DNA from: Octopus bimaculoides
Lineage: Eukaryota
NCBI RefSeq assembly: GCF_001194135.2
Contig: NC_068986.1
Span: forward strand, 68,358,062-68,422,061
DNA length: 64,000 nucleotides
Direction of reading: 5' to 3'
Positions 51,594-64,000 of the stretch are shown here, in pieces (positions within the stretch are counted from its first letter, which is position 1; every line of letters begins with the position of its first letter). The notes below the pieces were generated by a model. It worked only from the letters and a program-made list of their open reading frames with translations, was not told where the DNA came from and did no database searches. A program made the position numbers and the translations under genes.

Positions 51594-51763
51594 ATGCATG
51601 AATGTGTGAGTGCACACACGTATGTGTGTGTGTGTGTGTGTGTGCAATCAAAAATGTAACCATAGGCCTAAAAGCTGGTTTTTGGAATTTGGTAGAAACC
51701 TCTAAGATTATATCAATTATTTATTAACCTATAAATGTGTTTGTTAGGCTTTTTTTGTATGTA

Positions 51764-51799
<36 letters not shown>

Positions 51800-52214
51800 T
51801 GTTATATATATATATATATAATGAAATTTCATAGTAGTTTGTATGTGTGTAAAGTTGTTTGGTTAAAAGTGAAACAATTATAGGATAGATTTATCATTAG
51901 GTATAAATGTATATGCACTTACAAGGTGTAATTATAGAATGAATATTGGATGTATTTCTATTGTAGTATCATTATATGCGAACAGACATCACAATGTGTA
52001 GAACTATGTAAATCTGTACAAACAATCCTTATGAAGTTACCCTATAGAATTAAATTCCGTTTTTTAAGAACTAATTCATAATTCCAAATGAATGGATATA
52101 AACAGGAAAAAGTATTAATATATGAGCATGATTGTAAGCTTCATAACTAGCGTAGCATAAATGGGTACACACTCACAAGAATGGAAAGTGTGAGTGTACG
52201 TTTGGATAAATCAT

Positions 52215-52505
52215 CATCATCATCATTTAACGTCCACTTTCCATGCTAGCATGGGTTGGACGATTTGACTGAGAGCTGGTGAAACCAGATGGCTACACCA
52301 GGCTCCAATCTGATTTGGCAGAGTTTCTACAGCTGGATGCCCTTCCTAACGCCAACCACTCCAAGAGTGTAGTAGGTGCTTTTACGTGCCACCGGCACGA
52401 AGGCCAGTCAGGCGGTACTGGCAACGGCCATGCTCAAATGGTGTATTTTACGTGCCACCTGCACATGAGCCAGTTCAGTGGCACTGGCAACAATCTCGCC
52501 AGGAA
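52215..52505 (-). mobile_element. RTE-tailed element with two internal units
   Basis: Near-identical tail to 18135 and 60012. Confidence 0.8.
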
Positions 52506-53334
52506 GGCATATGTATGAATATAGTACAACCCATGCCAGCATGGAAAATGGATGTTAAATGATAATGATGATGATATATGCTAAAGTGGAATAAATGTAT
52601 ATGTACGTATATACATGTGTGTACAAGTAAATTTGTTAGTTTAATAGCCTCTCTCAATGAAAAGCAACAGGGTAAAGACTGTGGTGGCGATACTATATAT
52701 CTAAAATTGAATCTGCAAGGTGACAGTTCTCAGTATCCTGCTGAGTTAAGAAAGAGAGCATACATCATCAGTTTTCTTTGAAGTGGAACAGTAACAGACA
52801 CAAGAGATGAGTAATTGTTAAAGGTTATCGTTTTAAATGCCTTTTTTTCCTAAAATTCCAGATAAATCTGTAGTCAAATATCAATTGAATATGCAGTTCT
52901 TTATTCTTTTGTTTTTTTTTTAATTTCCTTTAATTTATTTTTGTTGTTTTTCTCATTTGTATCTCTCTTTATTTCCTTGTTCCTCTTTGTCAGAGGAATA
53001 TTAAAAATAATATTTCAGTATGGGCATAAAAGGTGGAAAAAGCTAAAGATGATACAGCAGTACTTTGACTATGGTCACCCAAGGATGTGCATGTATACAT
53101 GCTACTGTTGAATCGTAATAACACAGTATTGCATATAGTATGTGTAACATTCAACAATTAACAGCTGATAATGATGTGTTGAAACAATTGTAGTGATATA
53201 TAATAAAGCCTGTTTGATCCATCTTCTTGTGCTAAATTTTTCTTTCTAAACACACACACACATGTGTGCATGTGTGTGTGTGTGTGCATGCATGTGTGTG
53301 TGTATGTGGGTGTGGTACATGAACATATATAATT

Positions 53335-53560
53335 CCATCATAAGGACATCAAAAAGATGGAGCATTTCCATCAAGAGAAATTCCACAACATCAAATGGCA
53401 GGACTACATAACCAATAATGTTATCCTAGAAAAAGTCAATACAGAGTCAACTATGACAAAATACTGGAAAAAGAGAGATTGCCTCAACATTTATTCTTCA
53501 GTGAATTGCCCACTGGAAAAGCCCACATGGATGTCCCCTAAACCATTACAAAAACCAGGT
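53335..53560 (+). mobile_element. RTE LINE remnant
   Basis: MEHFHQ..NIKWQDYITNNVILEKVN, a typical RTE post-RT motif. Confidence 0.65.
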
Positions 53561-53705
53561 TTTCACACAGTTACTGCCTAACAAATTCATTCACAAAACA
53601 TTGGTCAGTCAGGCTTCAGTAGGAAACACTTGCCCAAGGTGGTACACAGTGGACTAGAACCCTGAACCATCTGTTACAAAGTGAGCTTCATGATCCCTGC
53701 AGCCA

Positions 53706-53736
<31 letters not shown>

Positions 53737-54462
53737 GTGCACACACAAGTGTTCCGTCATGACTTGATCCAGTTGGAACTTTTTTCAACTGCTTCTTAAG
53801 AGCTCTGGTTTTCTTTCTCCCGGAAATTGAGAACCATTTTATGAGATCATAGGTAGATTTGCATATGATCTCATAAGACTTGGCTAGCATATTTTTCTGC
53901 AATTGCAACATATTTTCACTATTATTACAGTTTTCTTGTGTTCCAATAAATGGAAGGATTTATAGAATCAATTATTATTTATTCAAGTATATTTGTACTT
54001 ATCATATCATAACTGATTTAGCGTTTTCCCTGTCTTTCATAGAGGTGTACTTCCTTCTCAAAAATCCTTCTTAACAAAATATAAATCACTCAATAACAAA
54101 GGGAGAAATCTTCCGTTGTTTCTGTCAATATCACATCAAGTATTTGCACATATGTGAACCTAAGTGTATGTATATGTATGCATGCATACATATACATCTC
54201 TTGTGAGATGCATATGTGTCCTTCCACTAAAACTAAGTGTGTATACATGTGCTTATGCATATAGTTAAATACAGTAACAGCCCCATGAATGTTGACTAAA
54301 TGAAATGTGCTAAGATAAATTGAAAAAAAATTCATAAAAGAATTTTCAGCAGTTTAACTGACAGCATAATGTGCTTATAAATGGGGCATAAAATATGCAA
54401 AAAAAAAAAACAAGAAAGAATAGTATTCATCTAAAATAGCAAAGAATGCTTTATACATTCAA

Positions 54463-54866
54463 CTCTTTTACTCTTTTACTTGTTTCAGTCATTTGACTGC
54501 GGCCATGCTGGGGCACCGCCTTTAGTCGAGCAAATCGACCCCAGGACTTATTCTTTATAAGCCTAGTACTTATTCTATCGGTCTCTTTTTGCCGAACCAC
54601 TAAGTTACAGGGACGTAAACACACCAGCATCGGTTGTCAAGCTAAGTTGGGGGGGGGGGGAACAAATACACACACACGTATATATATACATACATATATA
54701 CGACGGGCTTCTTTCAGTTTCCATCTACCAAATTCACTCACAAGGCTTTGGCTGGCCTGAGGCTATAGTAGAAGACACTTGCCCAAGGTGCCACGCAGTA
54801 GGACTGAACCCAGAACCATGTGGTTGGTAAGCAAGCTACTTACCACACAGCCACTCCTGCGCCTAT
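54463..54866 (-). mobile_element. SINE family B, young copy
   Basis: Head AGGCGCAGGAGTGGCTGTGTGGTAAG, 3' (AAAAGAGT)n tail; high identity to 61458 and 62737. Confidence 0.88.
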
Positions 54867-56492
54867 AACTGGTGTACTTATGTCATCAAAAACAATGACC
54901 AGCAGTTTTATTATTTATAGTGATTCAAAATGATGGGTGAAATTATTGGTTTCAAATTTTGGCACAAGGCCAGCAATTTTAGGGGAGGGTTAGGGTTAGG
55001 GCTAGGGTGGATTATATCAACATCAGTAGAACACTGATACTTATTTTATTGACCCCAAAAGGATATAAAGCAAACTCAACCTCAGAGGAATTTGAACTCA
55101 GAACATAAAGATAGATGGAACAACACTAAAGCATTTTTGCCCAGCATGCTAACAATTCTGCCAGCTCACTGCCTTATGGCTGAAATTATTGATAACCTTC
55201 TTACATAAAGATTTTGCACCTTGTATTTAATAGTAGAATATAACATTATGATCTAATCCAAAAGGCCAAGACCAATCATTCATAAATGTGACAGTGCATG
55301 CTGCTCTCTGAATACGATGAGTCACACTGCTATGTAGTCAAAAATTATAGCTTTTTTTTTTTTTTTACTTATAAAATTTTACTAGACCAATGAATGATTA
55401 AATGATAGTAACTCTTACTCTTTTACTTATTTCAGTATTCAGAGTGCAGCCATGCTGGAGCAATGCTTTGAGGAATTTTAATCGAACTAATTGACCCCAT
55501 TACTTATTTTCTTCGTAAGCCAGGAACTTATTGTATTGCTCCTTTTTTGCCAAACCGCTAAGTTACAGGAACATAAACACACCAACACCGGTTGTCAAGC
55601 AATAGTAGGGCACAAATACAAACACACTGATATATATATATATATATATANNNNNNNNNNNNNNNNNNNNNNNNNNNNNNNNNNNNNNNNNNNNNNNNNN
55701 NNNNNNNNNNNNNNNNNNNNNNNNNNNNNNNNNNNNNNNNNNNNNNNNNNNNNNNNNNNNNNNNNNNNNNNNNNNNNNNNNNNNNNNNNNNNNNNNNNNN
55801 NNNNNNNNNNNNNNNNNNNNNNNNNNNNNNNNNNNNNNNNNNNNNNNNNNNNNNNNNNNNNNNNNNNNNNNNNNNNNNNNNNNNNNNNNNNNNNNNNNNN
55901 NNNNNNNNNNNNNNNNNNNNNNNNNNNNNNNNNNNNNNNNNNNNNNNNNNNNNNNNNNNNNNNNNNNNNNNNNNNNNNNNNNNNNNNNNNNNNNNNNNNN
56001 NNNNNNNNNNNNNNNNNNNNNNNNNNNNNNNNNNNNNNNNNNNNNNNNNNNNNNNNNNNNNNNNNNNNNNNNNNNNNNNNNNNNNNNNNNNNNNNNNNNN
56101 NNNNNNNNNNNNNNNNNNNNNNNNNNNNNNNNNNNNNNNNNNNNNNNNNNNNNNNNNNNNNNNNNNNNNNNNNNNNNNNNNNNNNNNNNNNNNNNNNNNN
56201 NNNNNNNNNNNNNNNNNNNNNNNNNNNNNNNNNNNNNNNNNNNNNNNNNNNNNNNNNNNNNNNNNNNNNNNNNNNNNNNNNNNNNNNNNNNNNNNNNNNN
56301 NNNNNNNNNNNNNNNNNNNNNNNNNNNNNNNNNNNNNNNNNNNNNNNNNNNNNNTATATATATATATAAACTTACTATTAATAAACGTCTGGTAGTGTGT
56401 TGTGTATGATTATGCATGTATGATGGTGACACTTGCTCACACCTATTATCTAACGTCAAGACAAGATAGTAACACACATACATGTACATTAT

Positions 56493-56527
<35 letters not shown>

Positions 56528-57364
56528 TGTACTCATTTACAAAATCCACTTATAAGGCTTTGGCTGATCTATAGTAGAAGACACTTGCCCAATGTGCCAT
56601 GCGGATGAAAAGCACACTTCTTACCACACACCAATGCTTACACCTGAAGTAAGATATCTACATTAAAAATATTTTCCTAATGATCACTTCCATTTAGATA
56701 TCTGTCCATCAGAGATATTGATCAGAATATATTCAGCTCGAAACAGTGAATGAAGTCATATATCTACAGCAGCATAAATGTGTTTTGTATTACAGTATCT
56801 GGCAAAATACTCCATGCACTTGAAACATTGTATGATCATGTTATCATTGTCTTACTGACAGAGATCAGATGTACATAGAGGTGGCTATAGTGAGTGTGGA
56901 ATGAAAGTGGAGGAGGTGTTGATGGCAAATATGAGAGGGTGTTGAGAATGATAGCAGAGGAGAGAGGATGTTAAGGATAAAGTATGGTGATCCAAAGATG
57001 CTGCTCAAGAGAAAAGGAGGAATAACTGGTAACACAGAAAGGGGTAATTGGTGGAAAATAAAGTAGGAAGGTATGAAATTGAGAACGAGGAATGGATTTT
57101 AAAAGGAAGTAATTCCAAGGAGAGAGGGAGCACAAAGGGGAGATTGAATATGTGCAAGAAACATGTTTATATTTATTCTTAATACATTCCAGCAAATCTT
57201 TAATATATTTATCATCAATATGTATAGCATTTTTCTTTTTATTCTCACCATTTTACCAACTCATAATAATTTATTGATTTGGCAGACATCAGCATGCATC
57301 AGCAAATAATTTGTTTGCTGAATTCTATAAACAAAAACAACAACTATTGTTTAGATTTATTGAT

Positions 57365-57510
57365 ATACAGGTAGAAGGGCATCCAGCTGTAGAAACTCTG
57401 CCAAATTAGATTGGAGCCTGGTGTTGCCATCCGGTTTCACCAGTCCTCAGTCAAATCGTCCAACCCATGCTAGCATGGAAAGCGGACGTTAAACGACGAT
57501 GATGATGATG
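57365..57510 (+). mobile_element. RTE-type 3' tail fragment
   Basis: GAAGGGCATCCAGCTGTAGAAAC...GACGTTAAACGACGATGATG. Confidence 0.75.
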
Positions 57511-58344
57511 TAGCTTGGGCTGAAGTGACACAGACAAGTTGAAACATCGGTGTCTCAAAGTTTCCCAATGTCAAAGAATTAAGTGTATTGTCAACACATT
57601 GTCTAAAGAGAGGTGTTCTCCAAAGACAAACTACAACAGTAGTTAACATATTCACATTCAAATCTGCTGTAATTCAGTACAAGCATGACTTTGTAGTCAA
57701 GAAGTTTACTTCCCAAACACATGACATCAGTCCCACTGTGTGACACCTTGGGTAAGTGTCTTTTACTAAAGCTCAGGGCTGACCAAAGCCTTTTGAGTGG
57801 ATCTGGTAGTAAAGTAACTCTAAACCCCCAAGATAACAAATTGACAGACATCAAATTTGAGTCTCGATAATGGTTAACCGACTAAAGCTGCATGTATTTT
57901 TACATAGCTCAGTTTTTAAAACAATTAGCAATTATGACAATTCATATTTATATAATAAGATAAAGCATTATGTTAAAAGATTTAACTAGAATATATATTA
58001 AATATGAATATGTGTTGAAGTAGGTGTCTAAAATATATATTGATTTCAAATTTTGGCACAAGGCCAGCAATTTCTGGGGAGGGGATATGTCAATTACATC
58101 AAGCCCAGTGTTCAATTGATAGTTATTTCAATGACCCCCGAAAGGATGAAAGGCAATGTTAACCTTGATGGGATTTGAACTCAGAATGTGAAGACAGGTG
58201 AAATATCACAAATCATTTTGCCTGGCATGTTAATGATTCAACTAGTTCACCACCTTAGCAGTTTAAAATATATATTAATACTTTGTTTCTTGGTATCTTT
58301 TAATAAACAATGAATAAATCTATAATCTTTGACAATCATGTAAG

Positions 58345-58580
58345 CAAAAGAGCAACAACTACTAGATCAGCAGTACAGCATAACCACTCCCTGTCCAAAT
58401 TAAGGAGCATCTCACTACCAATGCCTCCTTCTGCAAACACCTGAGCAGATGTGGCAACACCACCAAGGAGATAGACACCTCCACACTAGCCTCAGAGAGC
58501 AACACCAGCAATTTACTTATAAAAGTGGTTCTACTGATCCAACACCTCAACCCAAAAATTAACAGTCAATTGGAGTGGTT
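58345..58580 (+). mobile_element. Penelope-like GIY-YIG C-terminal remnant
   Basis: VQIKEHLTTNASFCKHLSRC...LASESNTSNLLIKVVLLIQHLNPKINSQLE, matching the PLE pattern KEH..HL..E.N..L...I....P..N.Q. Confidence 0.6.
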
Positions 58581-59173
58581 CCTATGACAGCATCACAGCA
58601 ACTGTGACCAACACCATCCAACAGATAGGGAATGGCCTACAACAACAGTAGGAGGTTTGTTTACACCAAAACTCAGACAGCCAGCAACACTTGAGGGGGT
58701 AACTGCTACTACTACTACTAATATAACGCTGTTACATCACAGATGGCATGGCAATGGCCTACAACAACAGTTGGAAGTTCATTTACACCAATGTTCAGAG
58801 TGTCGATTACATCTACGTTTGGAGAGTGACTACTGTTGCTACATAACGCTAGGGGATTTGAATGGGTTAATGGAATCTGCATAACTGGACATTTCCCAGA
58901 CTGTTTTTCTTCTGCACCTGAAATATAAAGGTTTTATAAAACTTTCCACATTGTCAGAAGCTTTCTATTTTCTCTTTTTACCTTCTTCAATATTACAATG
59001 CTTCAAGCAAACTACAACGCTCTTAAAAATACATCTGTTCTTTACATGTAATAAATCACTGAGTTAGTATTTAACAGCTCGGCAGGTAAGAAGAGAAGGA
59101 TTTCTCCAAACCTTAATTTTGATTTCTTTGAACTAATTCAACACTGACTGTTAAGTAAAATGGATTGACTTAC

Positions 59174-59351
59174 CTGCATGTTCATGAACAAGATAAGGCA
59201 AATCTTTGTCCTTTTCCCAAACATCTTGATCACAATTATAGACCTCAACGCTTGGTAGTACTCCTGTCCAGTTTATTCCACCCACAGCATACAGCTGATT
59301 GTTTAATACTCCCAAATAGAAAAGACATCGGTATTCATTCATTGCTGCTAC
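59174..59351 (-). CDS. Kelch-like protein, internal exon (VAAMNEYRCLFYLGVLNNQLYAVGGINW...YNCDQDVW...HEHA)
   Basis: Acceptor TATTTCAG and donor GTAAGT; 178 bp, phase 0 to 1; G|GT joins 48555 in frame. Upstream exons were not found in the window. Confidence 0.93.
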
Positions 59352-60011
59352 CTGAAATAAATAGAAACAAAATTTATGATTTAATACAGTGGTCAACAAT
59401 GTTCCTGCTTTGTGAGTCAAGAAAATTAAAAAGTGAAATCATGATCGTACAAGACTTTCTTAACATCACTTCTTGCAATGAAAGAATTGCGACACAAATC
59501 TATTTTCTTTTTGAACCAACAAATATTTTTGTCTTGAATTGCTTCAGTCACACTGTTCACAACACACACACACACACACACACAGCAAGCAAGACTCAAA
59601 CTCAGATGAATAGAAAAGTAGAGATGATAATCTCAAACAGTTGATTTCAATGCTATGCAACCTCTATAAATGGCAAATTACAACAAATAGAAAACTGTGC
59701 AGCAAAAGTAATATTAATAGAAACTTATGAATTATGAATTTCTGCCCTCATTTAAAGAATGATGTGCCAGATTTTGAGATTAAGATACTATAAATATAAT
59801 GCAAAGTAGAGCAACTTGTTTTATCAACAAAATCTCTTTTAACTTTCCAACTCTTAAGTTGCAGTTGCTTTCTCTCCTTTCTCAGCATATTCTAAACTGC
59901 TAGCATAACCCTCATACCTGCCAAAATTTATCTATTCTACATATGTTCTACTATTCTTTATCTTTCTATATACACTGTGTGTTCAAATTTTGTACGATCT
60001 TCCCCTCACAA

Positions 60012-61000
60012 CAATCATCAGCATCGTTTAACGTCCGCCTTCCATGCTAGCATGGGTTGGACGATTTGACTGAGGACTGGTGAAACCGGATGGCAACACC
60101 AGGCTCCAATCTAATTTGGCAGAGTTTCTACAGCTGGATGCCCTTCCTAACGCCAACCACTCAGAGAGTGTAGTGGGTGCTTTTATGTGTCACCCGCATG
60201 AAAACGGCCACGCTCGAAATGGTGTCTTTTATGTGCCAACCGCACAAGAGCCAGTCCAGGGGCACTGGCAACGATCTCGCTCGAAAACCCTACAAGGCCA
60301 GTCAGGCGGTATATATATATATATATATATNNNNNNNNNNNNNNNNNNNNNNNNNNNNNNNNNNNNNNNNNNNNNNNNNNNNNNNNNNNNNNNNNNNNNN
60401 NNNNNNNNNNNNNNNNNNNNNNNNNNNNNNNNNNNNNNNNNNNNNNNNNNNNNNNNNNNNNNNNNNNNNNNNNNNNNNNNNNNNNNNNNNNNNNNNNNNN
60501 NNNNNNNNNNNNNNNNNNNNNNNNNNNNNNNNNNNNNNNNNNNNNNNNNNNNNNNNNNNNNNNNNNNNNNNNNNNNNNNNNNNNNNNNNNNNNNNNNNNN
60601 NNNNNNNNNNNNNNNNNNNNNNNNNNNNNNNNNNNNNNNNNNNNNNNNNNNNNNNNNNNNNNNNNNNNNNNNNNNNNNNNNNNNNNNNNNNNNNNNNNNN
60701 NNNNNNNNNNNNNNNNNNNNNNNNNNNNNNNNNNNNNNNNNNNNNNNNNNNNNNNNNNNNNNNNNNNNNNNNNNNNNNNNNNNNNNNNACTGGCAACGAT
60801 CCCGTCCCGCTCAAGGCATTTCATGTGTCACCCGCACAAGAGCCAGCCCAGGGGCACTGGCAACGATCCCGCCCGAAAGATTCCATGTGTCGCCCGCACA
60901 CGAGCCAGCCCAGGGGCACCGGCAACGATCTCGCTCAAAAAACCTCATGTGTCACCCGCACAAGAGCCGGCCCAGGGGCACCGTCAACGATCTCGCTCGA
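60012..61000 (-). mobile_element. RTE-tailed element with an expanded 62-bp tandem array (spans an N-gap)
   Basis: Units at 60822, 60884 and 60946 plus units before the gap; same tail as 18135 and 52215. Confidence 0.75.
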
Positions 61001-61249
61001 ACTTTATGTTAATGGAAATAAAGTGACATAAAAGTTGTGAAAGTCTCAAAGAGAGGAAATGGAGGGAGAAGGATTTCAAAGTATGAAAGGAAAAGCTGAT
61101 AATTATTAAAACCTAAATAAAAAAAAAGTCTAATAGAATATCTGGCTGATAGTTTAATATAAACAAAACAATGGCAATTCAAATCTTTTTCTTTTATTGT
61201 CTTTGGAGTCAGATTCATATTATTATTGGTTTCTAATGAAATTAAAAAT

Positions 61250-61679
61250 AATCCTTTCTACTATAGGTACAAGGCCAAAAAATTGGGGGAGAGGGGCTAG
61301 TCGATTACATTGACCACAGTGTTTCACTGGTACTTAATTTATCAACCCCGAAAGGATGGCAAAGTTGACCTCAATGGAATTTGAACTCAGAATGTAAAGA
61401 CAGAGGAAATGCCACCAAGCATTCTGCCTAATGTGTTGAATCTGCCAGCCTGCTGCCTTACTCTCTTTACTCTTTACTCTTTTACTTGTTTCAGTCATTT
61501 GACTGCAGCCATACTGGAGCATCACCTTTAGTCAAGCAAATCGACCCCAGGACTTATTCTTTGGCAGCCTAGTACTTATTCTAGCAGTCTCTTTTTGCCA
61601 AACCGCTGACTTACGGGGACATAAACACACCACCATCGTTTGTCAAGTGATGGGGGGGGGACCAAACACAGACACAAAC

Positions 61680-61723
<44 letters not shown>

Positions 61724-61884
61724 GACGGGCTTTTCAGTTTCCATCTACCAAATCCACTCACAAGGCTTTGGTCGGCCCGAGGCTATAGTAGAAGACACTT
61801 GCCCAAGGTGCCATGCAGAAGGACTGAACCCGGAACCATGTGGTTGGTAAGCAAGCTACTTACCACACAGCCACTCCTGCGCCT
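61250..61884 (-). mobile_element. Adjacent SINE E (61250-61460) and SINE B (61458-61884)
   Basis: Colinear with the other copies in the window. Confidence 0.85.
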
Positions 61885-62736
61885 TAATGAAATTTAAAAT
61901 AATATCAGAGTAGACTAATGGGACACCAGCTCATAATCTACAAATGATATGCGACTGTGTTGAATTATTATCAAGCATTATGATAAGTGGCATAAAAAAA
62001 AATTTCGACCTTGTTTTTCAAAATAATTGAATTTCATACAAACATTTTTTATGTAAAACAGATTTCAGTTCTACTAATATCAGAAAGGAGTAATTAATTT
62101 CTTCAGAAGAGTGCAAGTGTCCTAATTAATTAATTAATTAACCCAAAGCTAATTAGAACAGAAATGAAGAAATGAAATATCTTAATACTTCAGGTTGATT
62201 AAAAATATCTGAGTTTCACACGTTTTTTTATATTTTTACTTTATTTATGAATGTATCTGCTTGAGCTGATTAAATATCAGTTTACTGGGAATTACAGGCA
62301 GCTGTACTCACTCCACAGCTGAGACAACTAACTCTTGTTAACCCAATACACCTTACAGTAAATGTGTACCATGAGTAGGATCCAGTATTTATTGAAAACA
62401 ATAAGAGAACTGTTTAAATGAGAAATTATTTCAGTAGCTTGCAAAGCTGAATTCAAGTGCTCACATGAACATGGTTTGGAGAAGAAATGATATTGCCCAC
62501 CTAGTTTAACCTAGTTAAAAAACACCTTCAAAAACCCAGTAATTAATCATGCATGCATATACTGTTTTATTATGCTAACAAAGGTAGGATAGTTCAGTCT
62601 CAGCCTGATCACAGTATACTGGCTGTGACCAGCAAAAGAGTGTTTCATAATCGTATACAATACAAAGCAATACAAATAGTGGGCAAACTAGAAATGCCTG
62701 AAACAATTTGTGAGTATACTTGTGTGTGAGGTTTCT

Positions 62737-62961
62737 TTTACTCTTTTACTTGTTTCAGTCATTTGACTGCGGCCATGCTGGAGCACCGCCTATAGTCGAG
62801 CAAATCGACTCCAGCACTTATTCTTTGAAAGCCTAGTACTTATTCTATCAGTCTCTTTTGCCAAACCGCTAAGTTACGGGGACGTAAACACACTACCATC
62901 GGTTGTCAAGCAATGTTGGGGGGACAAACACAGACACACAAACATATACACACAAACATAT

Positions 62962-63030
<69 letters not shown>

Positions 63031-63197
63031 CACAACGGGCTTCTTTCAGTCTCCGTCTACCAAATCCACTCACAAGGCTTTGGTCGGCCCGAGGCTATAT
63101 TAGAAGACACTTGCCCAAGATGCCACACAGTGGGACTGAACCCGGAACCATGTGGTTGGTAGGCAAGCTACTTACCACACAGCCACTCCTGCGCCTA
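62737..63197 (-). mobile_element. SINE family B, young copy
   Basis: As 54463-54866, with a longer internal (TA)n. Confidence 0.88.
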
Positions 63198-63795
63198 TAT
63201 ATATATCCATGCCAGCATGGAAGGCAAACATTAGATGATGATGATGATGATATGTATTGTTATATTTGGAGATGGTCATATTTTTGTCAATTAAACGCAT
63301 GCACAATATACGTGGTCTTCACTTCAGCTTTTTTTGCTATTATTTTTGTGCCTTTGTCCAAGCTCCTCAGTAGGAAGACAAAATGGAATAAACAGAACAA
63401 GAGCAGACACATGATATAGAAAATCACTGATGAGGTCACAGAATGTGGGACAAAAGAGCTTATATAAAGAAACTAAAATAATAATAAAGCTGAAATGAAG
63501 ACCAAATACAGAGCGCATGTTCTTAATTCACAAAAATGTGACCGCACTCAAATATAACAATACCTGTTTCAACACATGATTTCACATCAGGAATCTACAT
63601 AAACATATATACAAACATACAGGCATATAATAGGTTCAGATGTGCAGGTATGGTTGTGTGGTAAGAAGTTTGCTTCCCAAAATGGTTCTGATTTCAATTA
63701 CACTATGTGGTACCTTGGGCAAGTGTCTTTTGTTCTGGCTCTGGGCCAACCAAGCACAGTTACAGACACACACACACATACACACACACACACAG

Positions 63796-63826
<31 letters not shown>

Positions 63827-64000
63827 TATATATAAACAATATATGAGTATATGCATATATATGTACATGTATGTATATACGTTCATCCACATGTACATAT
63901 AGATACATAACTGGGTACATGACGTGGCAAAAGAACAAGGACAAAAATGGTAAACAAGGTGCAACAAACAAGCAGGCCACATAGAAATATCCCCTTCATC

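Noticed and set aside
53654-53911. Possible transposase HTH fragment
   Set aside because: No catalytic motif or TIR visible; the similarity is only impressionistic.
46975-59351. Specific KLHL gene symbol
   Set aside because: Only the C-terminal Kelch repeats are visible; they resemble the KLHL9/13/26-type group but orthology cannot be assigned by eye.
60780-61000. CRISPR-like repeat/spacer pattern
   Set aside because: Linkers are about 15 bp and related to each other, the array lies within a retroelement, the context is eukaryotic and there are no cas genes.

Overview
AT-rich, repeat-dense eukaryotic (metazoan) genomic DNA with nine N-gaps, most of them at (TA)n microsatellites. The SINE/LINE repertoire looks cephalopod (Octopus-like); this is inference from recalled repeat families. 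No prokaryotic features, CRISPR, rRNA or true tRNA genes are supported. Two convergent spliced genes can be rebuilt from splice sites. (1) On the minus strand are the last three coding exons of a Kelch-repeat (KLHL-type) gene: 59351-59174, 48555-48341 and 47250-46975. (2) On the plus strand are three phase-compatible exons (25533-25620, 26448-26632, 28007-28086) of an unrecognised Cys-rich protein with a C-terminal hydrophobic, GPI-like tail; its 5' exons are uncertain. The rest is a nested transposon landscape: four Tc1/mariner catalytic classes (DD37D, DD36E, DD41D, DD34D), hAT MITEs, RTE LINE fragments, R4/Dong-type RLE LINE fragments at (TAA)n tracts, Penelope-like GIY-YIG remnants and several tRNA-derived SINE families. 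The standout hidden signal is a complete minimal type I hammerhead ribozyme (minus strand, 28699-28628) inside a direct-plus-inverted Penelope-like repeat just downstream of the novel gene's stop codon. All reading was by eye, so repeat boundaries are approximate (about +/-20 bp) unless a TSD or TIR is quoted.
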